Assembly: GCA_017504995.1 (NCBI GenBank)
Contig: JAFVQC010000054.1
Coordinates: 60 to 64,059, forward strand
Origin: Clostridia bacterium
GTDB taxonomy: Bacteria > Bacillota > Clostridia > Oscillospirales > CAG-272
Reading direction: 5' to 3'
DNA length: 64,000 bases
Positions 28,699-39,627 of this stretch are shown piece by piece. The notes under the pieces were generated by a model. That model was not told the DNA's origin. It ran no database searches and was given only the letters and a program-made list of their open reading frames with translations. A program made the translations under genes and the position numbers. How positions within the stretch are numbered: position 1 is the first letter of the stretch; each line of letters starts with the position of its first letter.

Positions 28699-30324
28699 AT
28701 GTCTGACGAAAAAACTGTTGGCTTTTTTATAAACGGGATCGGTCTGTCTCCCAACGCTGAGGAAAACGAGGCGTGTGAGCTTGCCGCATCGGAATTGAAG
28801 CGTGCAGGGATTTCCCCTGCACGACTTCGTTTTGAGATTGCGAAGCGTTCGGTGGATGCCAGAAAAAAGGATCGGATCCTGCTTGTGTATTCAGTTGCGG
28901 TTACCGCAAAGGACGGAAGCGCGGTGGATCTTCCCACCAAAAAGATGAAGTATTCGATCACCCCCCTGTACGATCGTTCTTTGAACGTTACGCGCGGAAC
29001 GGTACGGCAGGAAGCGCCGCCGTTGGTGGTGGGCATGGGACCTGCGGGGTTGTTCTGCGCGCTGTTGCTTGCGGAGCAGGGCTACCGTCCCGTGATTATT
29101 GATCGGGGGGATTGTGTGGCGGATCGCTTGCGCGTCCACGAGCAATTTGTAAAAGAGGGAATTTTGGATACCGAGTCGAACATACAGTTCGGCGCGGGCG
29201 GCGCAGGTACGTTTTCCGACGGTAAACTGCTGACTCGCATCAATGATCCCAAGATCTCCTACGTATTGCGGCGCTTTTGTGAGTTTGGCGCGTCCGAGGA
29301 AATTCTGCGCGCGGCAAAGCCCCATATCGGAACGGATCTTTTGGTCGGGATCGTAGAAAAAATCTTGCTTCACATTGAAAAATTGGGCGGACGGGTAATC
29401 TATCGTTGCCGTTTGGACGAAATCCGAGAAACGGCAAGCGGCGCGGTTCTTGCCAAGACCACAAAGGGAGAGATTTTATGCTCTTCCTTGGTGCTGGCTT
29501 TGGGACATAGCGCGAGAGACACCTACGCCATGCTAATAAAGAACGGCTTCCCCTTGGAGGCGAAGCCATTTTCGGTAGGCGTGAGAATCGAGCATTTACA
29601 AAAGAAGATTGACGAAGCGCTATACGGTTCTTTTGCGGGACACCCCAGACTGGGTCGCGGAGAGTATCAGCTCTCGGATACCTCGTCGGGCAGAGGAGTG
29701 TATACCTTCTGTATGTGCCCGGGTGGACAGGTGGTTGCCGCCGCGTCCGAAGAAGGCGGCGTAGTGGTCAACGGAATGAGCCGCTATGCCAGAGACGGCA
29801 GAAACGCCAATTCTGCCGTATGCGTTTCAATTCGCCCCGAGGATTACGGCGCGACCCCCGAGAGCGCCATTGCCTTTCAGCGGAAACTGGAACGGGCGGC
29901 GTTTGTTGCGGGGGGTGAAGATTACGCGGCGCCGATTCAGACGGTGGGAGATTTTCTTGCCGAACGAAGCGGAAGTGAGCCGACGACGGTACAGCCGACC
30001 TATCGGGACGGACGGGTAAGGCTTGCTTCTATGGATCGGATTCTGCCGACCTTTGCGTGTGAAGAATTGCGCAGGGGGCTTTGGAGCTTTGAGAGAAAGC
30101 TTCACGGCTTTGCGGCATCGGAAGCGTTGCTCAGCGGTGTGGAGACACGCACCTCTTCTCCCGTGAGGATTCTGCGAACGGAAGAATTGACGGTATTGGG
30201 TCATGACAGAATTTATCCCTGCGGGGAAGGCGCGGGCTATGCGGGAGGCATTACCAGCGCGGCGGTGGACGGTATTCGAATCGCTCAAGCAATCCTTGCG
30301 CGCTTTGCGCCTGCTTCGGATTGA
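28699..30324 (+). CDS. FAD-dependent oxidoreductase (COG2509-like, function unknown)
   Basis: PLVVGMGPAGLFCALLLAEQGYRPVIIDRG Rossmann fold. 541 aa. C-terminal part has CGEGAGYAGGI. Confidence 0.75.
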   Translation: MSDEKTVGFFINGIGLSPNAEENEACELAASELKRAGISPARLRFEIAKRSVDARKKDRILLVYSVAVTAKDGSAVDLPTKKMKYSITPLYDRSLNVTRGTVRQEAPPLVVGMGPAGLFCALLLAEQGYRPVIIDRGDCVADRLRVHEQFVKEGILDTESNIQFGAGGAGTFSDGKLLTRINDPKISYVLRRFCEFGASEEILRAAKPHIGTDLLVGIVEKILLHIEKLGGRVIYRCRLDEIRETASGAVLAKTTKGEILCSSLVLALGHSARDTYAMLIKNGFPLEAKPFSVGVRIEHLQKKIDEALYGSFAGHPRLGRGEYQLSDTSSGRGVYTFCMCPGGQVVAAASEEGGVVVNGMSRYARDGRNANSAVCVSIRPEDYGATPESAIAFQRKLERAAFVAGGEDYAAPIQTVGDFLAERSGSEPTTVQPTYRDGRVRLASMDRILPTFACEELRRGLWSFERKLHGFAASEALLSGVETRTSSPVRILRTEELTVLGHDRIYPCGEGAGYAGGITSAAVDGIRIAQAILARFAPASD

Positions 30325-30371
30325 GTATCGGTTAAAATGCCGCACCGAACAATAAAAATCGAGGTAAATCC

Positions 30372-32570
30372 ATGAACAACGTAAAAAGAGAGAAGGTGTG
30401 GGAAGAAAAGTATACCTTCGGAAAGGAAGAACAGGACGCAAAGATCCGAGAGATCGCCGAAACAATGGGCGTATCGGAGCTGTTTGCGGTTCTTCTTGTC
30501 AATCGGGGGTATCATTCCGCCGAGGCGGCGAAGCGCTTTCTGCGACTGGAGCAGGAGGACTTTCACGACCCTTATCTTCTCGCTGATATGGACGCGGCGG
30601 TCAGTCGTATTTTTGAAGCCGTGGAGCAAAAAGAAAAAATTACGATCTACGGCGATTACGACGTAGACGGAGTCACGTCGGTGACGGCGTTGTATTTATA
30701 TTTAAAAGGACTTGGTGCCGAGGTTGGCTTTAAAATCCCGAAACGGGAAGGGGAGGGCTATGGCGTTTCCTGCTCGGCAATCGAGGCATTGGCGAAGGCC
30801 GGAACCCGTTTGATCATTACGGTGGATACGGGAATTACCGCAACCGACGAGGTGGCTTATGCGAAGAAGCTGGGGGTTGATTTCGTCGTCACCGATCACC
30901 ACGAGTGCCGCGCGGAGCTTCCCTCGGCTTGCGCGGTGGTCAATCCCCATCGTGCTGACTGTCCGTATCCGTTCAAGGATTTGGCAGGCGTGGGAGTCGT
31001 CTTTAAGCTGCTTTGCGCTTGTGAAATGAGGCGATGCCGTGAGGCGGGAGAACCGATTCTTGACGGGATTCGCCGTATTTGTATGGAATATGCCGATCTG
31101 ACGGCGGTCGGTACGATCGCGGACGTGATGCCTGTAGTGGACGAAAACCGTCTGATCGTCAGCTTGGGTCTGAAGCGCATGGAGCGCTCGGCGCGCCCCG
31201 GGTTGCGCGCCTTGATTGAGACGGTATCCTCTCGCAAGGGAGGGGAATCGGGCGCGAAAAAGGTGACGTCGGGCACCATCGGTTTTGGGATCGCTCCCAG
31301 AATCAACGCAGCAGGACGGATCAGTGACGCAACGATGGCGGTTCGGTTGTTGTTGGAAGAAAATGAAGCGCGTGCGAAAGAAGCCGCAGAGGAGCTTTGT
31401 GAGATTAACCGCCGTCGGCAGGCGGAGGAAAATCGCATCGCCACCGAGGCGTACGAGCAGATTGAGGCGACCTTTGATTGGGAAAACGATACGGTGATCG
31501 TGCTGGACAGCAATCATTGGCATCAAGGCATTATCGGTATCGTATCCTCCAGAATTACCGAACGCTACGGCTTGCCCTCTATCTTGGTATCCTTTGACGG
31601 AAACGAAGGCGAGGAGCATCCGTTGGATGACGGAAAAGGCTCCGGAAGAAGCGTAAAGGGAATGAATCTGGTAGAGGCGCTCACCTATTGCGACGATCTT
31701 CTGGTGAAATACGGCGGTCACGAGCTTGCGGCGGGGCTGACGGTGAAACGGGCAAATCTGGACGCGTTTCGAAAAAAGATCAACGAATACGCAAGATCGC
31801 GTTTGAGTGACGACGCGCTGAAAATACGCATGGAAGCGGATTGCGCGCTGTCTATGACCGATATTACGATGGCGTTTGCGCAAGAGTTATCCTTGCTTGA
31901 GCCTTTTGGCGTAGGAAATGCTTCTCCCGTCTTTGTGTTGAAGAATGCAACCGTTCGTAAGATCACGCTGATCGGCGGCGGAAAGCATACTCGTTTGCTT
32001 TTGGAGCGAGACGGCGTTTGTCTGACCGCCTTGTATTTCGGTATGGGAGAGGGCGAGCTTGGCTTTGAGTGCGGCGACGTGATCGACGTGCTGTTCCATA
32101 TTGATATCAACGATTATAAAAACGTGCAAAGCGTACAGATGATCGTGCAGGATGCCCGTATGGCGGAGGCGTTCGTGGGGCGTTTTGCAGAACAGAAGGC
32201 GCGGTATGCCGCAATCGCGGCAGGCGCTTATTACGAAACCGCGGAAAACGTGCTTCCCGATCGGGAGGATTTTGCGGTGGTATATAAGGTCTTGAGACGG
32301 GAATTCCGCGGGGGAACCAGCGTGATGGATCAGAAGACCTTGCTGAAGCTGATCAACGGAGCTTTGGAAGGAAACGAGATCAATTATGTCAAGCTGAAGT
32401 ATATTTTGCGGATACTCAATGAACTGAAAATTTGTGAGATCGAGGAATTGAACGAGGATATTTATCGGTTTTCGGTTCTTTTCCACGCTACGAAAACCAG
32501 CATTGATAAATCGTCTATTTTGAAAAAACTTCGCAGTCAATGCTCCGATCGGATCCGATCGGAAAGTTGA
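30372..32570 (+). CDS. recJ: Single-stranded-DNA-specific exonuclease RecJ
   Basis: DHH motifs GDYDVDGVTS, TVDTG, VTDHH; DHHA1 region GGHELAAG. Confidence 0.93.
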   Translation: MNNVKREKVWEEKYTFGKEEQDAKIREIAETMGVSELFAVLLVNRGYHSAEAAKRFLRLEQEDFHDPYLLADMDAAVSRIFEAVEQKEKITIYGDYDVDGVTSVTALYLYLKGLGAEVGFKIPKREGEGYGVSCSAIEALAKAGTRLIITVDTGITATDEVAYAKKLGVDFVVTDHHECRAELPSACAVVNPHRADCPYPFKDLAGVGVVFKLLCACEMRRCREAGEPILDGIRRICMEYADLTAVGTIADVMPVVDENRLIVSLGLKRMERSARPGLRALIETVSSRKGGESGAKKVTSGTIGFGIAPRINAAGRISDATMAVRLLLEENEARAKEAAEELCEINRRRQAEENRIATEAYEQIEATFDWENDTVIVLDSNHWHQGIIGIVSSRITERYGLPSILVSFDGNEGEEHPLDDGKGSGRSVKGMNLVEALTYCDDLLVKYGGHELAAGLTVKRANLDAFRKKINEYARSRLSDDALKIRMEADCALSMTDITMAFAQELSLLEPFGVGNASPVFVLKNATVRKITLIGGGKHTRLLLERDGVCLTALYFGMGEGELGFECGDVIDVLFHIDINDYKNVQSVQMIVQDARMAEAFVGRFAEQKARYAAIAAGAYYETAENVLPDREDFAVVYKVLRREFRGGTSVMDQKTLLKLINGALEGNEINYVKLKYILRILNELKICEIEELNEDIYRFSVLFHATKTSIDKSSILKKLRSQCSDRIRSES

Positions 32571-32622
32571 CGGAATTCCAATCGGCAATTCGCTATGACA
32601 TAGCGATAGAAAGGCGAAACAA

Positions 32623-34860
32623 ATGTCCTGTGAAAAGTATTGCGGTTGTCAGCGTCTGATGGAGATGCTTGCCGCGTCGGGAAAAAATTATAATATGGAA
32701 AAGATCCGCGAGGCGTGCGATTATGCGGAGTCGTTGCACGCGGGACAGTTTCGGGTCAGCGGTGAGCCGTATATCTCTCATCCCGTGGCTGTGGCGGAGA
32801 TCGTGGCAAGTCTTGGGTTGGATACGAATTCCATTTGCGCAGCTTTGCTTCACGATACGGTGGAGGATTGCTCGGATAAGACCGATCTGAGGGAGATCGA
32901 GGAGCGATTCGGCAAAGAGGTGGCGATGCTGGTGGACGGATTGACCAAGCTGGTAACGCCCAACATTGAGGATAAGGAAGAGGCGCATATCGAGAACATT
33001 CGAAAGATGCTGCTTGCTATGTCCCGTGACGTTCGCGTGATCTTTATCAAGCTTTGCGATCGCTTACATAATATGCGGACCTTGGCGGTGAAGCCCGATC
33101 CTAAACGGCGAACCACCGCGCTGGAAACCATGCACGTATATGCCCCTTTGGCGCATCGGTTGGGTATGCAAAAGCTGAAGCAGGAGCTGGAAAATCTTTG
33201 TATTTCTTATCTTGACCCCATCGGCTATGCGGAGATTCAGAGCTATATCGAGGAAAAATACGGAGAAAACGTGAATTTCATCGAGAATCTGCAAAAGCAG
33301 GTGGCGAAGCGGCTGGAAGAAAATCATATTCATTTTGAGCTGAAGGGACGGATCAAATCGGTTTACAGCATCTATCGGAAAATGTTCAGTCAGAACAAAA
33401 ACTTCGATCAGATCTACGATTTTTACGCTCTTCGGATCATCGTGGATACAGAGCTGGAATGTTATACCGCCTTCGGCTTGATTCATGAAATGTTCAAGTC
33501 TGTCCCCGGACGGTTTAAGGATTATATTTCCACGCCCAAGCCCAATATGTATCAATCCTTGCATACCACGGTCATCGGTAGGGAAGGAATTCCCTTTGAG
33601 GTGCAGATCCGTACTTGGGATATGCACCACGTGGCAGAGTACGGTATCGCGGCGCATTGGAAATATAAGTCGGGAGAAAAATCCAAGGAAGAGATCGACA
33701 AGAAGCTGGAGTGGATCTCCCGCTTGTTGGAGACCGAGGACGAGGCAAAGGATCCCGATGAATTCATAGATGCCTTAAAAACCGACATTTTTCACGATGA
33801 AACCTTCGTATTTACCCCCAAGGGTGACGTGATCGCTCTGCCGCAGGGTGCGACGGTGATCGATTTTGCGTATGCGATCCACTCGGGAGTAGGAAATAAG
33901 ATGGTGGGCGCGAAGATCAACGGAACCATCGTCCCCATTGACCGCGTGCCCGAGACGGGAGATATCGTAGAGATTTTGACCTCTTCCTCGTCTAAGGGAC
34001 CCAGCCGAGATTGGTTGAATATCGTGAAAACCAGCGAGGCGAGAACCAAGATCCGCGGCTGGTTCAAAAAGGAAAAGAGATCGGAAAATATCGCGGCGGG
34101 TAAGAGCATGATCGATGCCGAGATCCGTCACTTTACGAAAACCTGTACCGAAGCCAAACGCAACGAAATGGTGGCGGCGGTGGGCAAGCGTCTGGGCTTT
34201 ATGAGCGCGGACGATCTGTATAATACCCTCGGCTACGGCGGTATTTCCATGGGTAAGCTGTCGGGTAAGCTCCGTGACGAATACGAGCGCACGCTTGGCG
34301 CGGAGGAGGCAGAGGCGCAGGCGCAAGAGAAGCAGAATATGACCGTGGAGCAGGTCAAGACCGTGGCGACCCCTAAGACTGTGCGGTCGGGGGGCGGCAT
34401 TGTGGTGGACGGTGAAACCGGTTGTCAGGTCAAGTTTGCCCGTTGCTGTAATCCCTTGCCGGGAGACGACGTCGTCGGATTTATTACCAAGGGCTTCGGC
34501 ATATCGATCCACAAGAGTGACTGCCCGAACGTGCTGAACGCCAAACGGCTTCCCGAAAACGAGTCGCGTTGGGTAGAGGCGCATTGGGAAAACGAATCGC
34601 CGACCTCTTCCAATCAGAGTATGTACGAGGCGCAGATCACCGTTTACGTCGTGGATCGCTTGGGAATCGTGGCGGATATCTCGGTGGCGCTGTCGGATAT
34701 GAAGGTCTTTTTGTTGCAGATCAATACCACGGGTAGCAATTCGGGACGAACGATCATCAATTTGAAGATCAGCTGTAAAAACGTGGAGCACTATCACTCC
34801 ATCGTATCGCGCCTGAAATCCATTGACGGCGTGGTGGACGTGACCAGAGGCTTTTCATAA
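32623..34860 (+). CDS. relA: Bifunctional (p)ppGpp synthetase/hydrolase
   Basis: HD domain (SGEPYISHP, HDTVEDC), synthetase (RIKSVYSIYRKM, DFYALRIIV), and TGS and ACT domains. 745 aa. Confidence 0.95.
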   Translation: MSCEKYCGCQRLMEMLAASGKNYNMEKIREACDYAESLHAGQFRVSGEPYISHPVAVAEIVASLGLDTNSICAALLHDTVEDCSDKTDLREIEERFGKEVAMLVDGLTKLVTPNIEDKEEAHIENIRKMLLAMSRDVRVIFIKLCDRLHNMRTLAVKPDPKRRTTALETMHVYAPLAHRLGMQKLKQELENLCISYLDPIGYAEIQSYIEEKYGENVNFIENLQKQVAKRLEENHIHFELKGRIKSVYSIYRKMFSQNKNFDQIYDFYALRIIVDTELECYTAFGLIHEMFKSVPGRFKDYISTPKPNMYQSLHTTVIGREGIPFEVQIRTWDMHHVAEYGIAAHWKYKSGEKSKEEIDKKLEWISRLLETEDEAKDPDEFIDALKTDIFHDETFVFTPKGDVIALPQGATVIDFAYAIHSGVGNKMVGAKINGTIVPIDRVPETGDIVEILTSSSSKGPSRDWLNIVKTSEARTKIRGWFKKEKRSENIAAGKSMIDAEIRHFTKTCTEAKRNEMVAAVGKRLGFMSADDLYNTLGYGGISMGKLSGKLRDEYERTLGAEEAEAQAQEKQNMTVEQVKTVATPKTVRSGGGIVVDGETGCQVKFARCCNPLPGDDVVGFITKGFGISIHKSDCPNVLNAKRLPENESRWVEAHWENESPTSSNQSMYEAQITVYVVDRLGIVADISVALSDMKVFLLQINTTGSNSGRTIINLKISCKNVEHYHSIVSRLKSIDGVVDVTRGFS

Positions 34861-34892
34861 TTTTATAATTTTGAGTGGGAAGGAGACTTGGC

Positions 34893-35354
34893 ATGATTGC
34901 GGTTTTGCAACGAGTGAAGCGGGCAAGTGTGGCGGTAGAGAATGAGACCGTCGGTAGCTGTGGCGAGGGACTTTGTATCTTGTTGGGTGTTGCGCGAGAG
35001 GATACCGAGGCGGATGCCGAGGTGTTGGCAGAAAAAATATTAGGTCTGCGTATCTTTCCCGATGAAAACGGTAAAATGAATTTATCGCTTCGGGACGTGG
35101 AGGGAGAAGCGTTGATCGTTTCCAATTTTACGCTTCTTGCCTCTTACAAAAAAGGAAAGCGTCCCGATTACATGGGTGCGGCTGCCCCTGCAGAGGCAAA
35201 TCGGTTGTATGAGTATTTTGCGGATCTGTGCGAGAGACAGCTTCGTCATGTAGGACGAGGGCGGTTCGGCGCGCACATGGAGATCGACCTTGTCTGTGAC
35301 GGCCCCGTTACGATTACAATGGACAGCAAGGTTTTGCGTTCCGATCGAAAATAA
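34893..35354 (+). CDS. dtd: D-aminoacyl-tRNA deacylase
   Basis: MIAVLQRVKRASV...SNFTLLA...GAHMEIDLVCDGPVTI. AAGGAG RBS. The track start at 34875 is discounted. Confidence 0.92.
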   Translation: MIAVLQRVKRASVAVENETVGSCGEGLCILLGVAREDTEADAEVLAEKILGLRIFPDENGKMNLSLRDVEGEALIVSNFTLLASYKKGKRPDYMGAAAPAEANRLYEYFADLCERQLRHVGRGRFGAHMEIDLVCDGPVTITMDSKVLRSDRK

Positions 35355-35378
35355 CGAAAGCATTGAAAAGAGGACGAT

Positions 35379-36887
35379 ATGAAAATTACGTTGGAATCTC
35401 CGATCAATCAATATTACGTGCAGACCCTCGCGATGATCTTTTTCCCGGGCGAGCATTTCGGCAAGAAGGGAAAAGATACAGAGGCGGAGACGGCAGAAAA
35501 CGAGCCTTCCTTATTCGTTCGTTCCGAGGCGATTGAGAACGGCGTGAAGGCGTTTGCCGCCGTAGAGTGGAAGGGCAAGCGCTGTGAGGCGGAGTATACG
35601 GCAGAGAAGACCGAGGGAAGAAGCGAGGAGCGCACCTTGAAGCTTGCCGTGGGTGGCGCGGTACTTGCCGCCATGGGCGATCTGATCGGATACCGTCCCG
35701 CATGGGGGATGATGATCGGCGTTCGCCCCTCTAAGGTGGCAACCGAAATGCTGGAGGCTGGGATCAGTAAGACCCGTACGAAGAAAATCCTGACCACGGA
35801 TTATTTGGTGATTCCCAAAAAGGCGGCGTTGGCAACCGATATTGCGGTAACGGAAAAACGGATCGTAGGCGAGCCCTCGCCCAAGGATTGCAGTATGTAT
35901 ATTTCCATTCCGTTTTGTCCGTCCCGATGCACCTATTGCTCCTTCGTTTCATATACTTCCAAGAGACTCTTGGATCTCATTCCGCAATATCTGGTGCGGC
36001 TCAAGGAGGATATCCGCGAGAATTTTGCCCTTGCCGACCGACTCGGATTGCGTATTCGTACCGTATATATCGGCGGGGGAACGCCGACGATCTTGGACGA
36101 GGAGCAGATCCGCGATCTGCTTTCCCATATCGCGTCGTTGACCGACGTGAGCGCCTTGGACGAATACACCATGGAGGCGGGACGACCCGATACCATTACG
36201 GAGGAAAAGCTCCGTATCGCCAAAGAATACGGTGTGACCCGTGTCAGCGTCAACCCTCAGAGCCTTTGTGACGAGGTGCTTTGCGGAATCGGAAGAAATC
36301 ATTCGGTGGAGGAATTTTTCCGCGCCTTTGAGGACGCAAGACGAGCAAAGATCCATACGGTCAACGTGGATCTGATCGCAGGCTTGCCGGGGGATAATTT
36401 CCGCCGCTTCTCCTCGACCGTGGATCATATTCTGCAATTGCGCCCCGAAAACATAACGGTTCATACCTTCTGTGTGAAAAAATCGGCGGAGATCCTTCGG
36501 TTGAATGCCGACGTATATTCGGTACGGGGCGGAGACGCGGGAAAATGCGTGGATTATTCCCAGATCAAGGCGCATCAGGCGGGCTACGTTCCGTATTATA
36601 TGTATAGACAGAAGAATACGGTGGGAAACTATGAAAACGTTGGGTTTTCTTTGCCCGAACACGAAGGACTGTATAATATCTACATGATGGAAGAGATCCA
36701 CACCATTCTTGCCTCGGGGGCAGGGGCGGTGACCAAGCTGGTGGATCGTACCGTTTCTCGCACCGAAGCGCGGAATATTGAGCGACTGTTTCATCAGAAA
36801 TACCCGTATGAGTATTTGTCAGAGGATCGAAGCGTGAGCTTCGCCGAGACTGCCGAGCGCTTTTACCGAGAACACGGATTACTGTAA
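35379..36887 (+). CDS. hemZ: HemZ-type oxygen-independent coproporphyrinogen oxidase-like radical SAM protein
   Basis: MKITLESPINQYYVQTL N-terminus. CPSRCTYCSF radical-SAM cluster. HemN-like C-terminal region. Confidence 0.8.
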   Translation: MKITLESPINQYYVQTLAMIFFPGEHFGKKGKDTEAETAENEPSLFVRSEAIENGVKAFAAVEWKGKRCEAEYTAEKTEGRSEERTLKLAVGGAVLAAMGDLIGYRPAWGMMIGVRPSKVATEMLEAGISKTRTKKILTTDYLVIPKKAALATDIAVTEKRIVGEPSPKDCSMYISIPFCPSRCTYCSFVSYTSKRLLDLIPQYLVRLKEDIRENFALADRLGLRIRTVYIGGGTPTILDEEQIRDLLSHIASLTDVSALDEYTMEAGRPDTITEEKLRIAKEYGVTRVSVNPQSLCDEVLCGIGRNHSVEEFFRAFEDARRAKIHTVNVDLIAGLPGDNFRRFSSTVDHILQLRPENITVHTFCVKKSAEILRLNADVYSVRGGDAGKCVDYSQIKAHQAGYVPYYMYRQKNTVGNYENVGFSLPEHEGLYNIYMMEEIHTILASGAGAVTKLVDRTVSRTEARNIERLFHQKYPYEYLSEDRSVSFAETAERFYREHGLL

Positions 36888-36931
36888 GCTCGGACCTTCC
36901 AATCTTGGAAATATCCGAGGAAAGGAGCGCA

Positions 36932-37846
36932 ATGAGACTGTATACCGTAACGAAAGAACAAGAACAGAGAAGTCGGGAATGGATCGAGTCCTGCGAGAAA
37001 GCGTTTTCCGACCGTTTGGACGAAATTGCCGACGAGCTTTGCGAAAAGGAGGAGTTGCGGCTGCTTCGTCTGTCCGGTCCTACCTGCTCGGGAAAAACCA
37101 CGGCGGCAAACCTGCTTGGAAAGCGATTTGCCCGACGGGGAAAGCACTTGCACTTGATCTCCATTGACGATTTTTACTACGACAAGGACGTTTTACACGA
37201 ACGGGCGGAGGATCATGAAAGTGGAAAGGTGGATTATGATTCCATCGCCACCATTGATCTGCAAGCACTCGGACAGTTTGCCGAGGAAATCTTTACCGAG
37301 GACCGTAGTCATTGCCCCGTATTTGATTTCAAGCAGGGAAAGAGAGTGTCCTATCGACTGATGGAAAGCGGACCCGACGACGTGTTTCTTTTTGAAGGCA
37401 TTCAAGCCGTATATCCGGAGATCGTGGAGCTGTTTGCTTCCTTCGGGCACGAATCCGCGGGGATCTATATTGCTCCCCAAAGCGCCATTGAGATTGGCAA
37501 GCAGGTGTTTGAACCCAACGAGATCCGACTGCTTCGCCGTTTGGTTCGGGATCATAACTTCCGAGGTACCTCGCCCGAGCGCACCCTCGAATTATGGGAA
37601 GGGGTTCGTCGGAACGAGGAGCTGAACATTTTTCCCTATGCGGGGACTTGTCAATATTCGATCGATTCTACCATGCCGTATGAGATCGGTATCCTAAAGC
37701 CCTATCTGTGCCGCATCTTACCTACCGTTTCGGAGAACAGTCCTCATAGAGTGAGGGCGGATGCGATTCTTTCGCAGATGGAGACGGTTTTGTCATTGTC
37801 CGACGAGTGGGTCGCCTCGGACTCTCTTTATAAAGAATTTATCTGA
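36932..37846 (+). CDS. Uridine kinase-family nucleoside kinase (extended form)
   Basis: P-loop GPTCSGKTT. ISIDDFYY, FEGIQA, RRLVRDHNFRG resemble Udk motifs. Start at MRLYT after AAAGGAG. Confidence 0.7.
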   Translation: MRLYTVTKEQEQRSREWIESCEKAFSDRLDEIADELCEKEELRLLRLSGPTCSGKTTAANLLGKRFARRGKHLHLISIDDFYYDKDVLHERAEDHESGKVDYDSIATIDLQALGQFAEEIFTEDRSHCPVFDFKQGKRVSYRLMESGPDDVFLFEGIQAVYPEIVELFASFGHESAGIYIAPQSAIEIGKQVFEPNEIRLLRRLVRDHNFRGTSPERTLELWEGVRRNEELNIFPYAGTCQYSIDSTMPYEIGILKPYLCRILPTVSENSPHRVRADAILSQMETVLSLSDEWVASDSLYKEFI

Positions 37847-37950
37847 TGCTGTTGCATCTGTCGCTACATAAGACGGAATACCGCCGAGCCGCATTGAATA
37901 AAATGCAATACGGACGGATTGTTCCGTCAGATTGAAACGGCGGTGGAACA

Positions 37951-39615
37951 GTGAACAAAGAGAGAAAAAAACAACGAAAAAACGACGGCGGATTTTTATC
38001 TGGCGTTTTGATCCTGTCTTTTTCTACCGTGCTGGTGAAGGTGATCGGGCTTGCGTATAAGATTCCGATGCTTGCTTATCTTGGCGCGGAGGGAATGGGA
38101 TATTTTAATTCGGCGTATGAAATATACGCTTTGCTTTGCGTGTTCTCCACCGCGGGACTTCCCGTGGCGCTTTCGATGCTGATCGCGGCGCGCCGTGAGA
38201 GGGGCGAGGACGCATTATGCGCCATTCGGCGGATCGATCGCTCGGCGGTACGGGTGTTTTTGCTTCTGGGTGTTTGCGGCACGGTGCTTCTAACGCTTTT
38301 GGCAAAGCCTATTTCCAAGGGAATCGGCAACGAGGATGCGTTTTTCTGTATTTTGGCAATTGCGCCTGCCCTGCTTTGCGTTTGCTTTTCCAGTGCGGTC
38401 AGAGGTTATTTTCAAGGCTTTGGGCGCATGACACCTACGGCGATATCCCAGCTGATCGAGGCGCTGGGAAAGCTGATCTTCGGCGTATGGTTTGCGGCGA
38501 TTGCCCTCAAGAAAGGAATGGCACTTCCCAAGGTGGCTGCGTTTGCCGTTTTGGGCTTGACCCTCGGTACGCTTCTTTCCGCGCTCTATCTGTTTTTGCT
38601 GAAGGCGGCTGACCCGAACCGATGCGCGATTTCTTCTCGGAGTCAACCAAAAGAGCGTACGCTGTCGACCCTGTTGAAGATCGCCGTCCCTATTACCGTC
38701 AGCTCTGCGGTGCTGAACCTGACCCGCCTGATCGATATGACCTTGATCATGCGCCGTCTGCAAGCCATCGGTATGAGCGCGCCGTCTGCAAATGAAATTT
38801 ACGGCTCTTATACCACGCTTGCCGTTCCCGTGTTTGGACTGATTCCGTCTTTGATTACTCCGATCTCGTTGGCGCTTGTTCCCAAGCTTTCCGCGGCGAT
38901 TGAAGGCAGAAACAAGGACGAGGAAGCAGTGGTTGCGGATCGCTCGATCCGCTTGACGGTATTGCTTGCCATGCCCGCCTCGTTTGGCATTGCCGTTTAT
39001 GCGCGCCCTATTCTTTCTCTTCTTTTTTCGGGGGAGAATGAGGCGATCTCAATTTCCGCGCCGCTTTTGTCGCTTTTGGGGGTGTCGATCCTTTTTTCGG
39101 GGTTGATCACCACCACCAACGCCATTTTGCAGTCTTATCGATGCACTCTCCGACCGATTCTTTCTATGGCGATAGGGGCGTTGATTAAAATTCTTACGGC
39201 GTATCTTTTGATTGGAATGCCTGCCGTTGGCATATACGGCGCGCCCATCAGTACCTTTTTGTGTAATCTTACCGTAACGGGACTGAATTTTTACTTTTTG
39301 CGCGCTTGTGTTGCCAAGGGGAGACGTGTCAGCGGATTTTTCCAAATCTGGTGTAAGCCGCTGGTTGCTTCGACTTTCGCCATTCTCGCTTCGCTTGCCG
39401 TTTATCTGTCTGTAGAACGGATGCTTGGTAACGAAACGGCGGCGTTTTTGGGCGCGGTTGCGACGGCAGTGCTCGTATACGGCATATTCGCGTTGCTATT
39501 GCGGATCGTTACGAAAGAAGACGTTGCATTGCTACCGATGGGACAGAGGCTGTTGAGTCGTATGGAGCGATCCCGTAAGCCTCACCGTGGGACTCAGATG
39601 AATATAAAAGAATAA
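37951..39615 (+). CDS. MOP-superfamily flippase (YabM/SpoVB/MurJ-like polysaccharide biosynthesis protein)
   Basis: About 14 predicted TM segments. N-terminus VLVKVIGLAYKIPMLAYLGAEGMGYF. Position upstream of mazG matches B. subtilis yabM. GTG start. Confidence 0.8.
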   Translation: MNKERKKQRKNDGGFLSGVLILSFSTVLVKVIGLAYKIPMLAYLGAEGMGYFNSAYEIYALLCVFSTAGLPVALSMLIAARRERGEDALCAIRRIDRSAVRVFLLLGVCGTVLLTLLAKPISKGIGNEDAFFCILAIAPALLCVCFSSAVRGYFQGFGRMTPTAISQLIEALGKLIFGVWFAAIALKKGMALPKVAAFAVLGLTLGTLLSALYLFLLKAADPNRCAISSRSQPKERTLSTLLKIAVPITVSSAVLNLTRLIDMTLIMRRLQAIGMSAPSANEIYGSYTTLAVPVFGLIPSLITPISLALVPKLSAAIEGRNKDEEAVVADRSIRLTVLLAMPASFGIAVYARPILSLLFSGENEAISISAPLLSLLGVSILFSGLITTTNAILQSYRCTLRPILSMAIGALIKILTAYLLIGMPAVGIYGAPISTFLCNLTVTGLNFYFLRACVAKGRRVSGFFQIWCKPLVASTFAILASLAVYLSVERMLGNETAAFLGAVATAVLVYGIFALLLRIVTKEDVALLPMGQRLLSRMERSRKPHRGTQMNIKE

Positions 39616-39627
39616 AGAAGGTAAACT

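Noticed and set aside
35379-36887. Radical-SAM enzyme as a possible peptide-maturase.
   Set aside because: The N-terminus and architecture fit HemZ/HemN-like proteins, and it sits in the conserved recJ-relA-dtd neighbourhood. No precursor peptide is adjacent.
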